A DNA stretch of 64,000 nt from Dehalococcoidia bacterium (GCA_965249115.1 CBDFLI010000002.1:153859-217858), one strand, 5' to 3'; numbered from the stretch's first letter, positions 37,735 through 48,840 are shown. The notes: generated by a model not told the origin, from the sequence alone. Translations and numbers: made by a program.

Positions 37735-38607
37735 CTACCCTAGCACCCCTTGGCGGCCTCTGAGTTGTCCCGTCAGGGCAATCCAAGCGCACAGAACTCC
37801 TAACGGAATCCACCCGAGGATGCCTACATAGCTCACAAAGATCCAGTTCGGCCCACCCGTAAAGAGCAACAGCGTCAGGCTCCCGCCGATGGCGTTGGTG
37901 GCTGAATGTGCCAGACTGGCCGACCAGATACTTCCCGTCCTCACGCGGAGCCACCCAAAGATGATGGACAGCATTATCGTGCTGACTGTGAAGACGAACA
38001 TTCCTAGCATAGGCTGGTCAGGGAAATTGTAGCCCCGCAGGTTGATTGGAAGATGCCATAATCCCCATATGACGCCTGTTACGACGGCAGCCAGCATTGG
38101 TCGATGACCCAGCAATCGAACTTGGAGGTAACCGCGCCAGCCGAATTCCTCACCCAACAGGATTGGGGTAGCCATCAACGCAGTGATCATGAGCTGGAAG
38201 GGCAGTATGGCGAAGAGGCCAGTAGGAAGAGAAGGGGGTGTAGTACCCTCTGGTGTCAGTTGCCTCAGAGCACGGTCCAGAGTAAAATCCGGGTCGCTTA
38301 TCCCTAGGGCTACAGCTAGGAGTACAATCACCGAGACCACCAGGTGGGGCAAGGACCAGCCGGCAAGATAGTAGCGCCATCGATCTATGTTCAATCTTAG
38401 CCCTGCATCCGCAAACCCCTCCCGAGTAACCCACTTCCTCACAATGATCGCCGCGACGGCTGGTGAAAGGGCTCCGGGTAGGATGGCAAGTTGGAACAGG
38501 GGGTTTTCGGCCGACACGCCCATCCGAAGTGCAATCTCCCAAAGGACCCAGGCCAGTCCGAAGGTGATCAAGAGGTATGTGACGACGCCTTTCTTGTTGG
38601 TATCCAA
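37735..38607 (-). CDS. CPBP-family intramembrane glutamic endopeptidase (CAAX protease / Abi family)
   Basis: EEFGWRGYL motif 1, WGLWHLP motif 2, SLAHSATN motif 3. Multi-TM. Confidence 0.85.
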   Translation of the reverse strand: MDTNKKGVVTYLLITFGLAWVLWEIALRMGVSAENPLFQLAILPGALSPAVAAIIVRKWVTREGFADAGLRLNIDRWRYYLAGWSLPHLVVSVIVLLAVALGISDPDFTLDRALRQLTPEGTTPPSLPTGLFAILPFQLMITALMATPILLGEEFGWRGYLQVRLLGHRPMLAAVVTGVIWGLWHLPINLRGYNFPDQPMLGMFVFTVSTIMLSIIFGWLRVRTGSIWSASLAHSATNAIGGSLTLLLFTGGPNWIFVSYVGILGWIPLGVLCAWIALTGQLRGRQGVLG

Positions 38608-38714
38608 TACTGCAACCCTCTTTGTCTTACACTGGTTCCTTACTCAAGAAGGGAGATTGCTTTGCGAGCGAGTTTCACGTTGGCGCTGTAGAATCAGCGC
38701 TACTGCTGACTCCA

Positions 38715-41700
38715 TCAAGCAGCCGCCCACCCGTGTGACAGCACCTCCGCCTGCTCCAGAACGGTCTGAGTGGCTTTCTCCTGCTTGTCTGGCGGGTAGC
38801 CGTGCTTGCGCAGGATGTGCCTGACCAGCACGCGGAGTTGAGCGCGGACGTTCTCCCGCAGCGTCCAGTCGATGGTGACGTTCTTTCGCACTGTGTCGAC
38901 CAGTTCGCGGGCAATGGCGCGGAGCGTCTCATCTCCGAGCACCTGGACGGCGCTGTCGTTGGTCTCCAGGGCGTCGTAAAAGGCCAGCTCGTCCTCCGAC
39001 AGGCCCAGCTTCTCGCCGCGAGCGCTGGCCTCCCGCATCTCCTTGGCCAGCTCTATTAGCTCCTCGATCACCTGCGCCGCCTCGATAGCCCTGTTCTGGT
39101 ATCTCCGCAGCGTCTGCTCCAGCAACTCGGCGAAGGAGCGAGCCTGCACAACGTTCTTCCGCCGTCTAGCGGAGACCTCCCCCTTCAATAGCTTCTGGAG
39201 TAACTCCACAGCCAGGTTGCGATGGGGCATACTCTGCACTTCGGCCAGGAATTCGTCCGACAATACCGAGATGTCCGGCTTGTCCAGCCCTGCTGCTGCG
39301 AAGATGTCCATCACCCCCTCAGAGGCCACGGCGCGGGATATGATTTGGCGCACGGCATGATCCATGTCCTCTTCCGTCCGCGACTCTCCGATGGCGCTCT
39401 TGGACAGCACCGACTGCACCGCCTGGAAGAAACCCACGTCGTCCCTGATGCGCATGGTCTCCTCATGGGGGACAGCCAAGGCGAAGGCTTGGGACAGCTC
39501 TCTCACGATGCCTACACAGCGCTCTTTGCCGTTCTCCTGGGCCAGGATATGCTCCTGAGCGGCCGGCAGCAGTCCCACCCGTTCCGTAGCAGTGCCTGTG
39601 GTCCACTTGGACCAGTCGAAGCCGTGGAAGAGGACGCAGCACACCTCGTACTTCTCCAGCATCACCGCCACCGCCTCCTCCTGGTCGATGGCGGTCTGTC
39701 CTGTGCCCCCGCTCTTGGTGTAGGTCGCTAGGGCCAGCTTGAGGTCCTGGGCAAGGCCGAGGTAGTCCACCACAAGGCCGCCGGGCTTGTCCTTGAACAC
39801 CCGGTTGACCCGGGCGATGGCCTGCATCAGCCCGTGCCCCCGCATCGGCTTGTCCACGTACATGGTGTGCAGACTGGGAGCATCGAAGCCGGTCAGCCAC
39901 ATGTCCCGCACCAATACGACGCGGAAGGGGTCGTCGTGGCGCCGGAAGCGGTTGCCTAGGGCCTCCCTTCGAGGCTTGTTCCTGATGTGAGGCTGCCAGT
40001 CCAGCGGGTCTGTGGCCGAACCGGTCATCACCACCTTCATGGCTCCGTCGTCGTCACCGTCGCTGTGCCAGTCGGGGCGCAGCTTCGCCAGCTCTCGGTA
40101 GAGATCGATGCAGATGCGTCGGCTCATGCACACCACCATCGCCTTGCCTTCCAGGGCTTCCATGCGCTGCTCGTAGTGGTTGACAATGTCCTGGGCCACC
40201 TGCTTGAGACGTTTCTCAGCCCCGACCACGGCCTCCAGTTGCGCCCACTTGGTCTTGAGCTTCTCCCTGCGCTCTATCTCCTCGCCCTCGGTGGCCTCAT
40301 CGAACTCAGGGTCGATGGTCGGCTTCTCGCCCTCGACGAGGGCCAGCTTGGCCAAGCGGCTCTCGTAGTAGATGGGCACGGTAGCCCCGTCCTCAACGGC
40401 CTTCTGTATGTCGTAGATGCTGATGTAGTCCCCGAACACTGCCCTTGTGTTGGCATCCTGAAGCTCGATGGGCGTGCCGGTGAAGCCGACGAACGATGCG
40501 TTGGGCAGGGCGTCCCGCATGTGACGGGCAAACCCATCCACGAAGTCGTACTGGCTCCGATGGGCCTCATCGGCAATGACCACAACGTTGCGCCGGTCCG
40601 ATAGGGAGGGATGGGTATCCCCATTCGCCTCCGGGAAGAACTTCTGGATCGTGGTGAACACCACGCCTCCGGACTGCACCGAGAGCTTGCTGCGAAGGTC
40701 GGCCCTATTCTCCGCCTGCGCCGGCGGCTGGCGCAGCAGGTCCCGGCAACGAGAGAAGGTGCCGAAGAGCTGGTCGTCCAGGTCGTTGCGGTCGGTGAGA
40801 ACGACTATGGTCGGGTTCTCCATGACTGGCTCGCGGATGATGACTCCTGCGTAGAAGGCCATGGTCAGGCTCTTGCCCGACCCCTGGGTGTGCCAGACAA
40901 CGCCGATGCGATGGTCACCCGGCGCGCCACCCGGTTTACGGCCAGCCTCATACCGTCCCCATTCATCGGCAACCTGCGGGGCAGCTCGCTGCAGCTCGGC
41001 GGCCCTTAGCGTCTCGTCGACGGCTACTTGCACGGCGTGAAACTGGTGATAGCCCGCCATCTTCTTGATGAGCGCGCCGCTGCCGTCGTCCTCGAACACG
41101 ATGAAGTCTCGGATCATCTGGAGGAAACGTGAGGTTGCGCAGACGCCCTCCAGCATCACCTGAAGCTCGGTCATGTTGGGGTCGGCCAGGGTCTCCCCGG
41201 TGATGGTGCGCCAGGGCTTGAACCACTCTGTGCCCGTCGTCAGGGCGCCGATGCGCGACTGGGTACCGTCCGAGACCATGAGCATCTCGTTCATGGAGAA
41301 GAGGTTCGATAGCTCGGCCTTGTAGGTCTGGAGCTGCTGCCAGGCCGTCCAGATGGTGGCGTCCTCGTCCGCCGGGTTCTTGAGCTCGATGATGCAAAGG
41401 GGCAGGCCGTTGACGAAGAGCGCCACGTCAGGCCGGCGGTTGTACTTGTTCTCGGTGACGGTGAACTGGTTGACGGCCAGCCAGTCGTTGTTGGATGGGT
41501 CATCGAAGTCGACGGCGCGGGCCTGTGCGCCGCGGATGTCGCCGTCGGCGGTGCGATACTCCACCGTCACGCCGTCGACCAGCATGCGATGGAAGGCGCG
41601 ATTGCGGGCCTCCAGGGTCGGCCCCTCCGGGTGGGTCAGCTTACGAAGGGCGTCGTCCACCGCAGTGGTGGGTAGGTCCGGGTTCAGCTCAGCGAGGGCG

Positions 41701-41858
41701 TCCCGCAGCCGACGCTCCAGCACCACCTCGTCGTAGCTGGCGCGCTCGGCATTGGGCGCGTCTGGCACAATGTCCGGTCCATGGGCCACCTGCCAGCCCA
41801 GGCCCGAAAGCCACTCCAGCGCCGCCGCCTCAACAGTGGACTCGTAGATGGTGGTCAT
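38715..41858 (-). CDS. hsdR: Type I restriction enzyme R subunit
   Basis: 1047 aa. HsdR-N nuclease region ([16 protein letters not shown]), helicase motif I ([11 protein letters not shown]), DEAH ([10 protein letters not shown]), C-terminal helical domain. Confidence 0.95.
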   Translation of the reverse strand: MTTIYESTVEAAALEWLSGLGWQVAHGPDIVPDAPNAERASYDEVVLERRLRDALAELNPDLPTTAVDDALRKLTHPEGPTLEARNRAFHRMLVDGVTVEYRTADGDIRGAQARAVDFDDPSNNDWLAVNQFTVTENKYNRRPDVALFVNGLPLCIIELKNPADEDATIWTAWQQLQTYKAELSNLFSMNEMLMVSDGTQSRIGALTTGTEWFKPWRTITGETLADPNMTELQVMLEGVCATSRFLQMIRDFIVFEDDGSGALIKKMAGYHQFHAVQVAVDETLRAAELQRAAPQVADEWGRYEAGRKPGGAPGDHRIGVVWHTQGSGKSLTMAFYAGVIIREPVMENPTIVVLTDRNDLDDQLFGTFSRCRDLLRQPPAQAENRADLRSKLSVQSGGVVFTTIQKFFPEANGDTHPSLSDRRNVVVIADEAHRSQYDFVDGFARHMRDALPNASFVGFTGTPIELQDANTRAVFGDYISIYDIQKAVEDGATVPIYYESRLAKLALVEGEKPTIDPEFDEATEGEEIERREKLKTKWAQLEAVVGAEKRLKQVAQDIVNHYEQRMEALEGKAMVVCMSRRICIDLYRELAKLRPDWHSDGDDDGAMKVVMTGSATDPLDWQPHIRNKPRREALGNRFRRHDDPFRVVLVRDMWLTGFDAPSLHTMYVDKPMRGHGLMQAIARVNRVFKDKPGGLVVDYLGLAQDLKLALATYTKSGGTGQTAIDQEEAVAVMLEKYEVCCVLFHGFDWSKWTTGTATERVGLLPAAQEHILAQENGKERCVGIVRELSQAFALAVPHEETMRIRDDVGFFQAVQSVLSKSAIGESRTEEDMDHAVRQIISRAVASEGVMDIFAAAGLDKPDISVLSDEFLAEVQSMPHRNLAVELLQKLLKGEVSARRRKNVVQARSFAELLEQTLRRYQNRAIEAAQVIEELIELAKEMREASARGEKLGLSEDELAFYDALETNDSAVQVLGDETLRAIARELVDTVRKNVTIDWTLRENVRAQLRVLVRHILRKHGYPPDKQEKATQTVLEQAEVLSHGWAAA

Positions 41859-42715
41859 GGGGTTTCCACAGCGGGTTCCTGGATGCTTTTCAAGGAGCGC
41901 CCGTTCTCATCCTTCCATTCGACCCGTCCGTTACTGGTCCTTCCCAGCAGGACACCAGATGCGGTGGATGGTGAGTTGAAGACGTAGTCCTGGATAAGGC
42001 GGTATGCAGCGCTGTCGTCCTCCAGAAGCCCCTGAGAAAGGAGGGCCTTCCGGAGATTGGAGAGGTAAGCATGGATCGAAGCAACCTCTTTCTTGACGAA
42101 CTGCGAGCCGGACCTTACGACAAAGCCTCCCGCCCCTTCGTAACCGCGCGCTCTTATGCCTTTGGCGCTCAGAAAGAGGTCTTTGCTCTTCTCCCCTTGG
42201 GTTCGAGGCTTATCGAAGAAGCTCACCCCAACAATCGGAAGGCACAACAGCATGTCGGCAAGATACAGCTCGGCATCCGCAGCGTCCGCATCCGAGAGGG
42301 AAGGGAGCTGGGGAACATTCCCATTGTCCAGCTCACAACGCTTGGCCTCGGCTGCAAGTCCTACAAGCCGGGCTTCGATATGCTGGACGTGGGCTTTGTT
42401 CAGGTTCTGGTCTTTGCTGGTGAAGGCGACGCCATGGGTCCAGAAGTCCTTACTCTTGGCATGGCTGTCAAGTCGGGGTAAGAGTGAGTCCCCTTCACCC
42501 ACGTATGCACGCGCAAGTTGCCCTGACTCGCCGGGACCCCACAGGATGTACACCCCAGTACGTGTGAGCTCCTCCCGACCTCTCGCCTCCGAGTAGAGTG
42601 AACGCGGGAAGGAGAGCCCCTGGCCCGTCCAATTCGACTTCTCGATGACGCGTAGACCCTCCGGCTCCCCGGTGGGGATGAAGATGCGTACCGAGAATCC
42701 TAGCGCTTCGCCCAC
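41855..42715 (-). CDS. GIY-YIG nuclease domain plus DUF4357 protein
   Basis: GVYILWG...[14 protein letters not shown]...HIEARL (GIY-YIG). C-terminal ..[30 protein letters not shown] (DUF4357-like). GTG start abuts the stop of the hsdR fragment. Its stop overlaps the hsdR ATG (ATGA). Confidence 0.8.
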   Translation of the reverse strand: MGEALGFSVRIFIPTGEPEGLRVIEKSNWTGQGLSFPRSLYSEARGREELTRTGVYILWGPGESGQLARAYVGEGDSLLPRLDSHAKSKDFWTHGVAFTSKDQNLNKAHVQHIEARLVGLAAEAKRCELDNGNVPQLPSLSDADAADAELYLADMLLCLPIVGVSFFDKPRTQGEKSKDLFLSAKGIRARGYEGAGGFVVRSGSQFVKKEVASIHAYLSNLRKALLSQGLLEDDSAAYRLIQDYVFNSPSTASGVLLGRTSNGRVEWKDENGRSLKSIQEPAVETP

Positions 42716-42847
42716 TTAAAGTGTCTCCTTTGTATTGGCTGGGATATGTTCAGGCGCGATGTCCGGCCGGTAGGCCGTCCGCCAGCCCAGAACGCACAGC
42801 CACTCCAGCGCCGCTTCTTCGACTATGGACTCCGTGATGGTGGTCAT
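42716..42847 (-). pseudogene. fossil 5' end of a second hsdR (43 codons)
   Basis: MTTITESIVEEAALEWLCVLGWRTAYRPDIAPE.. against the hsdR N-terminus [33 protein letters not shown]... About 100 nt at roughly 70-75% nucleotide identity to 41761..41858. Confidence 0.75.
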
Positions 42848-42874
42848 GGGGCCTCAATGGGAGTGAACGGCCGT

Positions 42875-43747
42875 TCAAGGCCGCGTCAAACTTCCCATGA
42901 TGTCTTTAACCTCTGTAAGCAATCCATCCATTGTCAATAACACTTCCTTACCTGCTCCCGCCCAATTTAACTCCGATAGCGCATAGTCGCGCGCGTTGGC
43001 AGGAAGATCATTCAGTCGCCCATAAGCTGTAGCCTCATTATCTGCGAATCGGACGGATACCTCGAAGGTAGGCTCGCACGGCGCATCGGCCGGTGTGATT
43101 TCTAAGAACACGTTGCCGTACGCTAATGGTCGGAGAAATCCACGCGCGGACACAGGCGGCTTTGTTGGCGCTACCCATTCATCTAGTTCCAGGTTAATGT
43201 CTCCTACCCCAACAGCAAGGATGTTAGGGTACCGATGCCGATCAACGTTGCTCAAATGGCGTAGTAACGGCAAACGAAATCCGATTAGACCATGCTCCTG
43301 ATAGGGCTGGAGAGTCCTAATCCTGGTCTTGGTAGCTTCTTGCAAACCTTGCATCTGTTGCTGTGAGTGATCTTTCTCGAATTCTTTCTTCGTCCCACAG
43401 ATCGGGAACTGGTTTGCGGGTGTGGGATTACCCCCGTCGTTGAGAACTAGTTGGATCAATAGATGATCCAACGATGAACGCAACTGGTAAGCAATACTCC
43501 CCACGGACAGCGCCCAATCCACAGGAACAACGGGCGTTTCGGCACTGAATTTCCACAATTGCTGGTTGGATTGCGTATCGACTTCTTTTGTGAATAGGTC
43601 TTCCTGACGCGTACAAAAGTCCTCAATTTGCCTGCGGAGTAAATCTAGCTCAGTGCCGGCACGCTTAATCTTGCCAATCACACCGTCCAACTGTAACCAG
43701 GGTGCAGTGGTCAAATCATCACTTCGATTCAAGCCACTTGCTATCAA
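42875..43747 (-). CDS. uncharacterised protein embedded in the R-M operon (possible HEPN-like Rx4H motif)
   Basis: 290 aa with lower GC than hsdR. Contains IAYQLRSSLDHLL (R-x4-H) and LLRHLSNVDRHRY. No family recognised with confidence. Confidence 0.55.
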   Translation of the reverse strand: MIASGLNRSDDLTTAPWLQLDGVIGKIKRAGTELDLLRRQIEDFCTRQEDLFTKEVDTQSNQQLWKFSAETPVVPVDWALSVGSIAYQLRSSLDHLLIQLVLNDGGNPTPANQFPICGTKKEFEKDHSQQQMQGLQEATKTRIRTLQPYQEHGLIGFRLPLLRHLSNVDRHRYPNILAVGVGDINLELDEWVAPTKPPVSARGFLRPLAYGNVFLEITPADAPCEPTFEVSVRFADNEATAYGRLNDLPANARDYALSELNWAGAGKEVLLTMDGLLTEVKDIMGSLTRP

Positions 43748-45020
43748 TCATCCGAATCTCCCCCGACACCAGCTTGGGCAGCAGCGTGTCGCGGAGGGCG
43801 GCTAGGCAGTGGGACTCATGCGTTGTTGCTAGTATCCTATCAATTGCTGGTCGGATTGCCTTGGTAAACGCCTCGGTTACCACCAGGTTAGGGAGAACGA
43901 TCTGATAACGAGCCATGTCGGGCCAACTGGTGCGAGGCATCTTTGTTCCCGTCGAGCTGGCATCAGTGTAGTAGACGAATTCTTGGCTTGATACATGGCT
44001 TAGAAGGAAGCCAAACCATCCCTCTGACACTGGTGCGATCACTACAATGTCAGTTGAACACACTCCGTCTAGAGGTGCGACGCCAACCTTGTGGAAGTAT
44101 GGGCGTAGCTTTCCAAACAAGATGTCACCCCGCTGAAATCTAAACTTGCCACTAGCCAAGCCATCTGCCGCATCCCATTCTGAGAGTGCGATGCAGCGCT
44201 TGGGCATGTGCTCAAGTGCAATGTATGGTGTTCCCTCAGTGATTTCACTCGGTTTCACTCCGAGCCTCCGGTGTCTTCCTACATCCCCCAGGGTCCTCAC
44301 CTCCCACCCCTCCGGGATCTCCCCCAGCTCCGAGGGAACGAGCCGGTCGGGGAAGAGGTCGTAGTGTTCGGCGGGGAGGCCGGGGAGGGACTTGCCTGGA
44401 CGCCACCGACCGTCCATCTTGGCACGCACCGCGTCGAAGTCCACGAACCAGGACTTGAACAACGCCCGCGCCATCTCCTCCAGCGTCTCGTTCATCCGCC
44501 GGTTCAGCTCAATCTTGTCGTCCAGCGTCCCCAGGATGTGGGCAATGGCCCGCTGTTCGGGGAGGGGTGGCCGTGGCAAGATAACTTTTCGAAGCTCACT
44601 CTGCTTGATGCCGAGAACTGTAGTTCCTGTTGCTCTTGAACGCAGTTGCTCCTGCACTCCGTTCGACTGCATCAAGAACTTCAAGAAATTGTTATTCAAC
44701 ACTCCGGGCTTTGCACGTAGGCAGATAAGCCTCTGAGCCAATGCGACGCGTTCGTTTCCGAGCTGAGCAACTTCTCCCAGCGGCGCTTCCATTGTTACCA
44801 CCACATCGCCGCACTCAGGAACGCCACGCCGCATCCAGTCAACGTAGTCCTCTTCCGCAATAAACTCGTCGGGGGTCTCGATCCGACCGCCTTTGACGAT
44901 CTTGGCGGTTATCAATGGGATACCAGATGGCGTCTTCCTCGGCGTCTTTCCTCGATAGTCGATGACGGCGCCCATGGAATCCTCCAGAGTTAGCTCCTCC
45001 CACTCAGCCTCCATAGCCAA
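43719..45020 (-). CDS. hsdS: Type I R-M specificity subunit (two target-recognition domains)
   Basis: 433 aa. Duplicated TRD plus conserved helical spacers ([46 protein letters not shown]; ..[17 protein letters not shown]). Confidence 0.9.
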   Translation of the reverse strand: MAMEAEWEELTLEDSMGAVIDYRGKTPRKTPSGIPLITAKIVKGGRIETPDEFIAEEDYVDWMRRGVPECGDVVVTMEAPLGEVAQLGNERVALAQRLICLRAKPGVLNNNFLKFLMQSNGVQEQLRSRATGTTVLGIKQSELRKVILPRPPLPEQRAIAHILGTLDDKIELNRRMNETLEEMARALFKSWFVDFDAVRAKMDGRWRPGKSLPGLPAEHYDLFPDRLVPSELGEIPEGWEVRTLGDVGRHRRLGVKPSEITEGTPYIALEHMPKRCIALSEWDAADGLASGKFRFQRGDILFGKLRPYFHKVGVAPLDGVCSTDIVVIAPVSEGWFGFLLSHVSSQEFVYYTDASSTGTKMPRTSWPDMARYQIVLPNLVVTEAFTKAIRPAIDRILATTHESHCLAALRDTLLPKLVSGEIRMIDSKWLESK

Positions 45021-46593
45021 GCCCCTTCAAGTTCGCCTCTATCGCGGCGTCCAGCCTGGCAGCTTCGGCCTGCTGCTCCCGCCATTGGGCGGTGAGACGC
45101 GCCATCTTCTCCTCGAACGGCTCGCCCTCGTCCTCCTGCGGCTCCGCGCCGACGTAGCGGCCGGGGGTGAGGACGTGGCCGTGCTTGCGCACCTCATCCA
45201 GCGATGCGCTCTTGCAGAAGCCGGGAACGTCAGCGTAGTCGCCCGCGCCATCCTCGCCCCGCCAGGCGTGGTAGGCGCCGGCGATGCGGGCAATATCGTC
45301 TTCGGTCAGCTCACGGTGTGTGCGGTCGATCATGCTTCCCATCTTGCGGGCGTCAATGAAGAGCGTCTCGCCCTGGCGATCGCGGTATCTCCCACCCTTT
45401 CGGTCCCTTGAGAGGAACCAGAGGCAGGCGGGTATCTGGGTGGAGTAGAAGAGCTGGCCCGGCATCGCCACCATGCAGTCCACCAGGTCGGCTTCGATGA
45501 GGCTCTTGCGTATGTCGCCCTCACCGGACTGGTTCGACGACATGGAGCCGTTGGCTAGCACGAAGCCCGCTATGCCGGTGGGCGACAGGTGGTGCGCCAT
45601 GTGCTGGACCCAGGCGAAGTTGGCGTTGCCCTTGGGCGGAGCGCCGTACTGCCAGCGCTTGTCCTCCTGCAGGCGTTCGCCGCCCCAATCGGAGATGTTG
45701 AAGGGTGGATTGGCCAGAATGAAGTCGGCCTTCAGGTCGGGATGGCGGTCGTTGTGGAAGCTGTCGCCGTGGGCAATCTGTCCCTCGATGCCCCGTATCG
45801 CCAGGTTCATCTTGGCCAGCCGCCACGTGGTGTAGTTCGACTCCTGGCCGTAGATGGAGATGTCGCCTCGCGCCCTGCCGCCGTTGCCGTTCCCGCTGGC
45901 GTGGGCGCGGATGAACTCCACCGACTGCACGAACATGCCGGAGGAGCCGCAGCATGGGTCGTAGACTCGGCCCTGGTAGGGTTCCAGCATCTCGACCAGG
46001 AGCTTAACGACACTGCGGGGGGTGTAGAACTCGCCGCCCTTCTTGCCTTCTGCGCTGGCGAACTGGGAGATGAAGTACTCGTAAACCCTGCCCAATACGT
46101 CCTTGGAGCGGGCCTCCTCATCCCCGACCTGGATGTTGCTGATGAGGTCGATGATCTGGCCCAGCCGCTGCTTGTCCAGCGACGGCCGGGCGTAGTCCTT
46201 GGGGAGCACGTCCTTGAGCACGGGGTTATCCCGCTCGATGCCGATCATGGCGTCGTCGACAACCTGGCCGATGGTGGACTGGCGGGCCTGCGCCTTGAGC
46301 TGCGGCCAGCGAGCCTCAAGAGGGGACCAGAAGATATTCTGGGCACGGTACTCGTCCGGGTCCTCGGGGTCTGCGCCCTGGTCGACCGCGGCCTCCAGCT
46401 CAGCGTAGACCTCCTCAAAGGCGTCGGAGATGTACTTGAGGAAGATCAGGCCAAGGACCACGTGCTTGTACTCGGCGGCGTCCATGCTGCCCCGCAGGGC
46501 GTCGGCCATCCGCCACAACTCGGCCTCGTAGCCCGTGGTGGCGCTGTTTGTGTTGGACTGGGTGTTGGGCGGTCTCTGTCGAGATGTTGTCAT
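45004..46593 (-). CDS. hsdM: Type I R-M N6-adenine DNA methyltransferase subunit
   Basis: HsdM-N helical domain. SAM motif [11 protein letters not shown]-like ([12 protein letters not shown]). Catalytic ILANPPFN. Confidence 0.95.
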   Translation of the reverse strand: MTTSRQRPPNTQSNTNSATTGYEAELWRMADALRGSMDAAEYKHVVLGLIFLKYISDAFEEVYAELEAAVDQGADPEDPDEYRAQNIFWSPLEARWPQLKAQARQSTIGQVVDDAMIGIERDNPVLKDVLPKDYARPSLDKQRLGQIIDLISNIQVGDEEARSKDVLGRVYEYFISQFASAEGKKGGEFYTPRSVVKLLVEMLEPYQGRVYDPCCGSSGMFVQSVEFIRAHASGNGNGGRARGDISIYGQESNYTTWRLAKMNLAIRGIEGQIAHGDSFHNDRHPDLKADFILANPPFNISDWGGERLQEDKRWQYGAPPKGNANFAWVQHMAHHLSPTGIAGFVLANGSMSSNQSGEGDIRKSLIEADLVDCMVAMPGQLFYSTQIPACLWFLSRDRKGGRYRDRQGETLFIDARKMGSMIDRTHRELTEDDIARIAGAYHAWRGEDGAGDYADVPGFCKSASLDEVRKHGHVLTPGRYVGAEPQEDEGEPFEEKMARLTAQWREQQAEAARLDAAIEANLKGLGYGG

Positions 46594-46841
46594 TTGGTAT
46601 CACTCTTACGCTTGCTCTCGGCCCGCCACCTGTCCACTTCGCGTAAGGCGTTCTTGCCCCCTGGTCCGTATCCGTGACGGACCAGGAAGCCGGGGACGCC
46701 GCCGTATTCGACGGAGATAACCGCGGACTCAGCGGTCTTGTCGTGGCCGGGCAGGAAGAACGAGCCGATCGCCGTCTCCGCGCCGCAACCACACCAGCAC
46801 TCGCCAGTCGGTAGCAGGCGTTTCTTTGAAGCCATTCTCAT
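46590..46841 (-). CDS. small Cys/His-containing protein translationally coupled to hsdM
   Basis: 83 aa. [22 protein letters not shown] motif. Its stop overlaps the hsdM ATG (ATGA). Confidence 0.5.
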   Translation of the reverse strand: MRMASKKRLLPTGECWCGCGAETAIGSFFLPGHDKTAESAVISVEYGGVPGFLVRHGYGPGGKNALREVDRWRAESKRKSDTK

Positions 46842-47127
46842 ATCTCCCGAAACGAGACTGCGAGGTGGCCTTGGATGCTATCCAAGGATACGTCTCTAGG
46901 CGCTTCTGTGTCAAGACCGCCTTGCTCAGGCGGATTGCCACCTTTCCGTTCGTCACTTGCAGTCGCTCCGACCAGAAACCGTTTCGCCACTACCACAAGA
47001 TTGGCTGCGACACAATGGCTTGCAGGGCATTACATAGGACACCTTTCCACGCGACAATTGATAGTTGGACAACTGCCAGCTAGAGCAATTGCCCGAATAC
47101 GACACAGCGTGAAATGGGGACCCGGAT

Positions 47128-48840
47128 ATGCCCCTCACTGACCGACAGCTTCTCGACACCCTCAGCCGGATGCCGTTCATCGACTCTGCGGAGCTGGCAG
47201 GCATCCTGGGCGAGCCTCACGCGACGGTTCACCGCACCCTGACCGGCCTGCTGACCACCGTCATCGTCGGGAGGGTGAGCCACGGCACCGCCCACCTGCC
47301 GTCTAGTCAGAGATACTACCTGACGGCCCAGAGCATCAGACAGGCTGCGGAGTTGCTCGGCTTCGGGACGCCCTCTGACTTCGTGCGGGCCTACCCCGTG
47401 TCGAGGGAGTGGCTGACGCTGCTCATCCGCAGGATGGACGCGGTGGCCGCCGTCTACCGGCTCGCTGCCTCACTCTCCCCCGGAACAGGTTCTCTCCGGT
47501 CGCACGTGGAGTTCCACCGCCGGGGCCGCTTCGACGCCACGATCACCCTCCACGACGGTCGAAGCTTTGGAGTTGTCCGCCAGGGGCTAGCCCTGCGGCG
47601 GCGCTCACTCTACGACCGGCTCAGGGCCATAGCGGAGTACCACTACACGCGCCGCCCCGGCACCGTCCTGATCCTAACGCCTAGCGTCTGGGAGCAGAAG
47701 CTGACGACGAGGTTCTGCATGGAACTGAATCTTGAAGACTCCTACGTCGGCGTGGAGTCTCGGGACACACTGGAAAGACGGGACCTCCACGTCTGGCAGA
47801 AGACGTCAGGCCTGTTCAGCGGCTCGTACTACACCCTCGATTTCGTGAGCTCACAGGGCGGCCCTGGCGGAGCGCTTCATACGGAGTCGCCGGAGCGGAA
47901 GCGGGCCTCGATACCCAACCCTGAGCAGATGATTCAGGCTGCGCCGGCCTTCGGCATCAGCCCGGCTGAGAAGCGGACGCTCGACCTCATCACCGACCAC
48001 CCGATGATCCCCCGCGAGCACCTTGCCCTCTGGCTGGGCGTCTCCGAGGGCCGTGTCAGCCAGATGATGCACAGCCTCGTGAACACCTGGGGCCTGGTCG
48101 AGCGTCGAGGACAACGCAGTCACACCCGCTACACGTTGTCCGCCGAGGGCATTCGCTACGTAACCCACAGGGACCGCGCCCAGCTTCCCACCACGCAAGG
48201 CATCTGGAGCACGGCCTTCACTACCGACCGGCAGGGCCGGAGACGGCACGTGGGCCACCGGATCGACACGTGGGCGCGGCAGACGAAGCACGCAGACGGC
48301 ATCACCTGGTTCCTCGCGCAGTTGGAAGCTGAGACCAGGGAAGATTCTTCGAGCGAGTTGCTGTGGTCGGTCCCCACCGCGAGGTCTGACCGGGCATACA
48401 ACTGGGGCCAGTCTGCCATCGCCCCGGACGCCGTGGGGAAGATGGTCGCAGAGGGCCTTCAGATACCGTTCTACCTCGAGTACGAGCTACGTGCCCGTCA
48501 CCCCGAAGGTGTCCTGGCCCGCCTGAGTCCCTACATGAGCTACTACTGGTCCACCGAGCCCGGCGACGACCAGCCTCCGTTCCCCGTCACGCTCTTCGTA
48601 GTTGACACAGAGGAGGTCGAGGCCACGTACGTGCGCACATCGGCGCGGATGACTCGGATGTCGCTGCCCATTCTCGTGTCGTGCATCCCTGTCCTGTCCA
48701 CCGCAGGAATCCTGGGGCGGTCCTGGCATCCACTGTGGGAGCCGGAGTCTCCGAGACTTCCCCTGTCCGGGCTGAGGGCCTACCAGTGGGACTCGCTCTA
48801 CCACCGGATGCGTCACCGTCCTGTAGAGGGGAATAGATAG
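47128..48840 (+). CDS. replication-relaxation family protein, apparently duplicated (two wHTH plus core modules)
   Basis: Two wHTH-like segments (LTDRQLLDTLSRMPFIDSAELAGILG..; RTLDLITDHPMIPREHLALWLGVSEGRVSQMMHSLV..). C-terminal PDAVGKM...IPFYLEYELRA...LARLSPY resembles the Replic_Relax core. Confidence 0.55.
   Translation: MPLTDRQLLDTLSRMPFIDSAELAGILGEPHATVHRTLTGLLTTVIVGRVSHGTAHLPSSQRYYLTAQSIRQAAELLGFGTPSDFVRAYPVSREWLTLLIRRMDAVAAVYRLAASLSPGTGSLRSHVEFHRRGRFDATITLHDGRSFGVVRQGLALRRRSLYDRLRAIAEYHYTRRPGTVLILTPSVWEQKLTTRFCMELNLEDSYVGVESRDTLERRDLHVWQKTSGLFSGSYYTLDFVSSQGGPGGALHTESPERKRASIPNPEQMIQAAPAFGISPAEKRTLDLITDHPMIPREHLALWLGVSEGRVSQMMHSLVNTWGLVERRGQRSHTRYTLSAEGIRYVTHRDRAQLPTTQGIWSTAFTTDRQGRRRHVGHRIDTWARQTKHADGITWFLAQLEAETREDSSSELLWSVPTARSDRAYNWGQSAIAPDAVGKMVAEGLQIPFYLEYELRARHPEGVLARLSPYMSYYWSTEPGDDQPPFPVTLFVVDTEEVEATYVRTSARMTRMSLPILVSCIPVLSTAGILGRSWHPLWEPESPRLPLSGLRAYQWDSLYHRMRHRPVEGNR

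Noticed and set aside
38683-38700. Hairpin GCGCTG-TAGAAT-CAGCGC between hsdR and the CPBP gene, as a terminator separating the two.
   Set aside because: The stem is only 6 bp and has no U-tract on the transcribed strand. That is too weak to call, so co-transcription of the CPBP gene with the R-M operon remains open.
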